Assembly: GCF_006345805.1 (NCBI RefSeq)
Contig: NC_042997.1
Coordinates: 27,032,001-27,096,000 of the forward strand
Direction: 5' to 3'
Origin: Octopus sinensis
Taxonomy: Eukaryota
Length of the DNA: 64,000 nt
The first letter of the stretch is position 1, and every line of letters begins with the position of its first letter. A program made the translations under genes and the position numbers. The notes under the pieces are model-generated. The model was not told the origin of the DNA and did no database searches. It saw only the letters and a list, made by a program, of their open reading frames with translations. Below, in pieces: positions 62,276 to 64,000 of the stretch.

Positions 62276-62421
62276 TCTAATCTATAAAATGAAGAAGGTA
62301 AAGGTTGATACAAATCGGATTTTTATGTAAAAGGGGTCTAAATGGGGCTGGAAGGGGATTAAAATTTACAGGAGGGGTTAACTTAAGGTGACCGCGCGTA
62401 GAGCGGGTCACCTTAAGCTAG
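62276..62421 (+). mobile_element. 146-bp mini-Helitron
   Basis: A|TCTAATCTATAAAATG start; hairpin cttaaggtgacc...ggtcaccttaag then CTAG|T. Confidence 0.7.
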
Positions 62422-62449
62422 TTGTAATAAAAAAATTCGCTAAGGTTGC

Positions 62450-62585
62450 AACCCGGCAGAAACGTTAGCACGCCGGGCGAAATACTTAGCGGTATTTTGC
62501 CTGTCATTACGTTCTGAGTTCGAATTCCGTCGAGGTGGACTTTGCCTTTCATCCTTTTAGGATAAATAAATTAAGTACCAGTTGT
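62450..62585 (+). mobile_element. SINE family M, 3'-truncated
   Basis: ggcagaaacgttagcacgccgggcg...gcctttcatcc...aagtaccag. Confidence 0.75.
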
Positions 62586-63022
62586 GTACTTATATGTCAT
62601 TTTTATCACTACAACGATTTCCTCCTCGTGCTGACAAGAGAATCCGTACATGGTCGCTGGATATTATTTCTTTTAGAAATAGAAACCAACTTGGTGCCAT
62701 TCTAGTAGTAGTTGGTAAAATTTCTAGTAATCTAGTACAATTACTACTATGTGGTCATGTCAAATGCTAGAGAATATAGCCAAATACAGATTGTATATGT
62801 ATAGAGATTTGATTCCTTATTGCTTCAAGTTTGCTTTCAAGTTTTTATTAAATCAACTACGGTCGATTTAATCGACTGGAACCTTCCTCAAAAATTAGAA
62901 TAAAAGATATCGTGTAAATGAATTTTAGACGTACCTCTAAAATTAGTAATCCATGACAGCTAAATTGCTTTAGATAATTAGTCTGCAATTGGAATTAACA
63001 ATAATACAATCTACAGAAATTC

Positions 63023-64000
63023 GGAAGCACTCCGTCTGTTACGACGACGAGGGCTCCGGTTGATCCGATCAAATTAACGGAACAGCCTGCTTGTGAAATT
63101 AACGTGTAAGTGACTGAGCACTCCACAGACAAGTGTACCCTTAACGTAGTTCTCGGGGATATTCAGCGTGACGCAGAGAGTGACAAGGCCGGCCCTTTGA
63201 AATACAGGTACAACAGAAACAGGAAGTAAGAGTGAGAGAAAGTTGTGGTGAAAGAGTACAGCAGGGATCACCACCATCCCCTGCCGGAGCCTCGTGGAGC
63301 TTTAGGTGTTTTCGCTCAATAAACACTCGGAATACTTATATTCTGATACTTATATTCTGATACATGACCAGGAAAAGTCTATATCCGCTGGGCAAACCGC
63401 ACACGTTTCCGAAAAGAAGTTGGGAAGTAGGAATAAATGACATAGAAATGCCTCTCAGCTAATATAACAAATTTAGGCTGACAAAAAGTAAAAATAACTA
63501 GCTATATACAAACTATTCTAGTCGAAGGAATAAATACAACTCTACTCACATTAGATAAACCATTCGATTATAAAGGAAGAAAACCCAATAGTATTCAAAG
63601 TTCAAAGTATAAAGATGGAAACACATAAGGTCTATGACAGTATAACTCCACCGAATATAATTGATGCATTGCTTTATCAAAAACCATACGACGGATCATA
63701 ATTCTACACACAACTTAAAAATTTGGGGTGATATTGCTAATTTCATACATGGCATTTTCTTGTACCCAGTACTACAAACAACTGGACACACGCGCGCGCG
63801 TATTGTGTGTGTTCATATATATGAACTTATATATGTAAGTACATATATAGACATACATGCATGCATACATACATATTTTTATATATATTCATATTCATAG
63901 TAGCATTCCTATGAATAAACAAATACGCAGGCCAGCAAGTTTAAGGTATGACTTCAACTTATGCCCCTCAGAAGTGCAAATCTTGGATTTGGACTGCACA
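63023..64000 (-). repeat. Arm 2 of the inverted duplication (includes headless SINE V 63023-63328); runs off the window end
   Basis: Reverse complement of 56407-57378. Confidence 0.92.

Overview
This is AT-rich, microsatellite-dense eukaryotic DNA. The repeat repertoire suggests a coleoid cephalopod, probably Octopus; that is an inference from recalled repeat families, not a database hit. The only host coding sequence I can support is the 3' half of a two-pore-domain (K2P/TWiK-family) potassium channel on the + strand: exon 31242-31477 (GYG pore half and M2) spliced in frame to the last exon 35185-35622 (M3, second pore GFG, M4, stop). I could not find the upstream exons, so the first 31 kb may be intron. 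The rest is mostly mobile DNA. It includes at least six R4/Dong-like RLE non-LTR retrotransposon pieces in (TAA)n and related triplet arrays, one nearly full length at 50015-54180; a ~560-bp noncoding element that shares the (TAA)n niche; two mariner copies; a decayed Penelope-like RT; an L1/Tx1-like 3' end; non-autonomous Helitrons; and three families of tRNA-derived SINEs. The most notable observations are: (1) a repeat joining a tRNA-like Pol III head to a Penelope-type minimal hammerhead ribozyme, plus three other hammerhead-like motif families; (2) the (TAA)n-targeted R4 cluster with its putative non-autonomous partner and a 39-bp 5' tandem array; (3) SINE multimers with a constant junction; (4) a >=0.8-kb apparently identical inverted duplication that breaks inside a SINE; (5) a 22-bp-period array of GCGCATGCGC (NRF1-type) palindromes. 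Most short ORFs in the track are microsatellite or antisense artefacts. All alignments were done by eye and coordinates of decayed elements are approximate.
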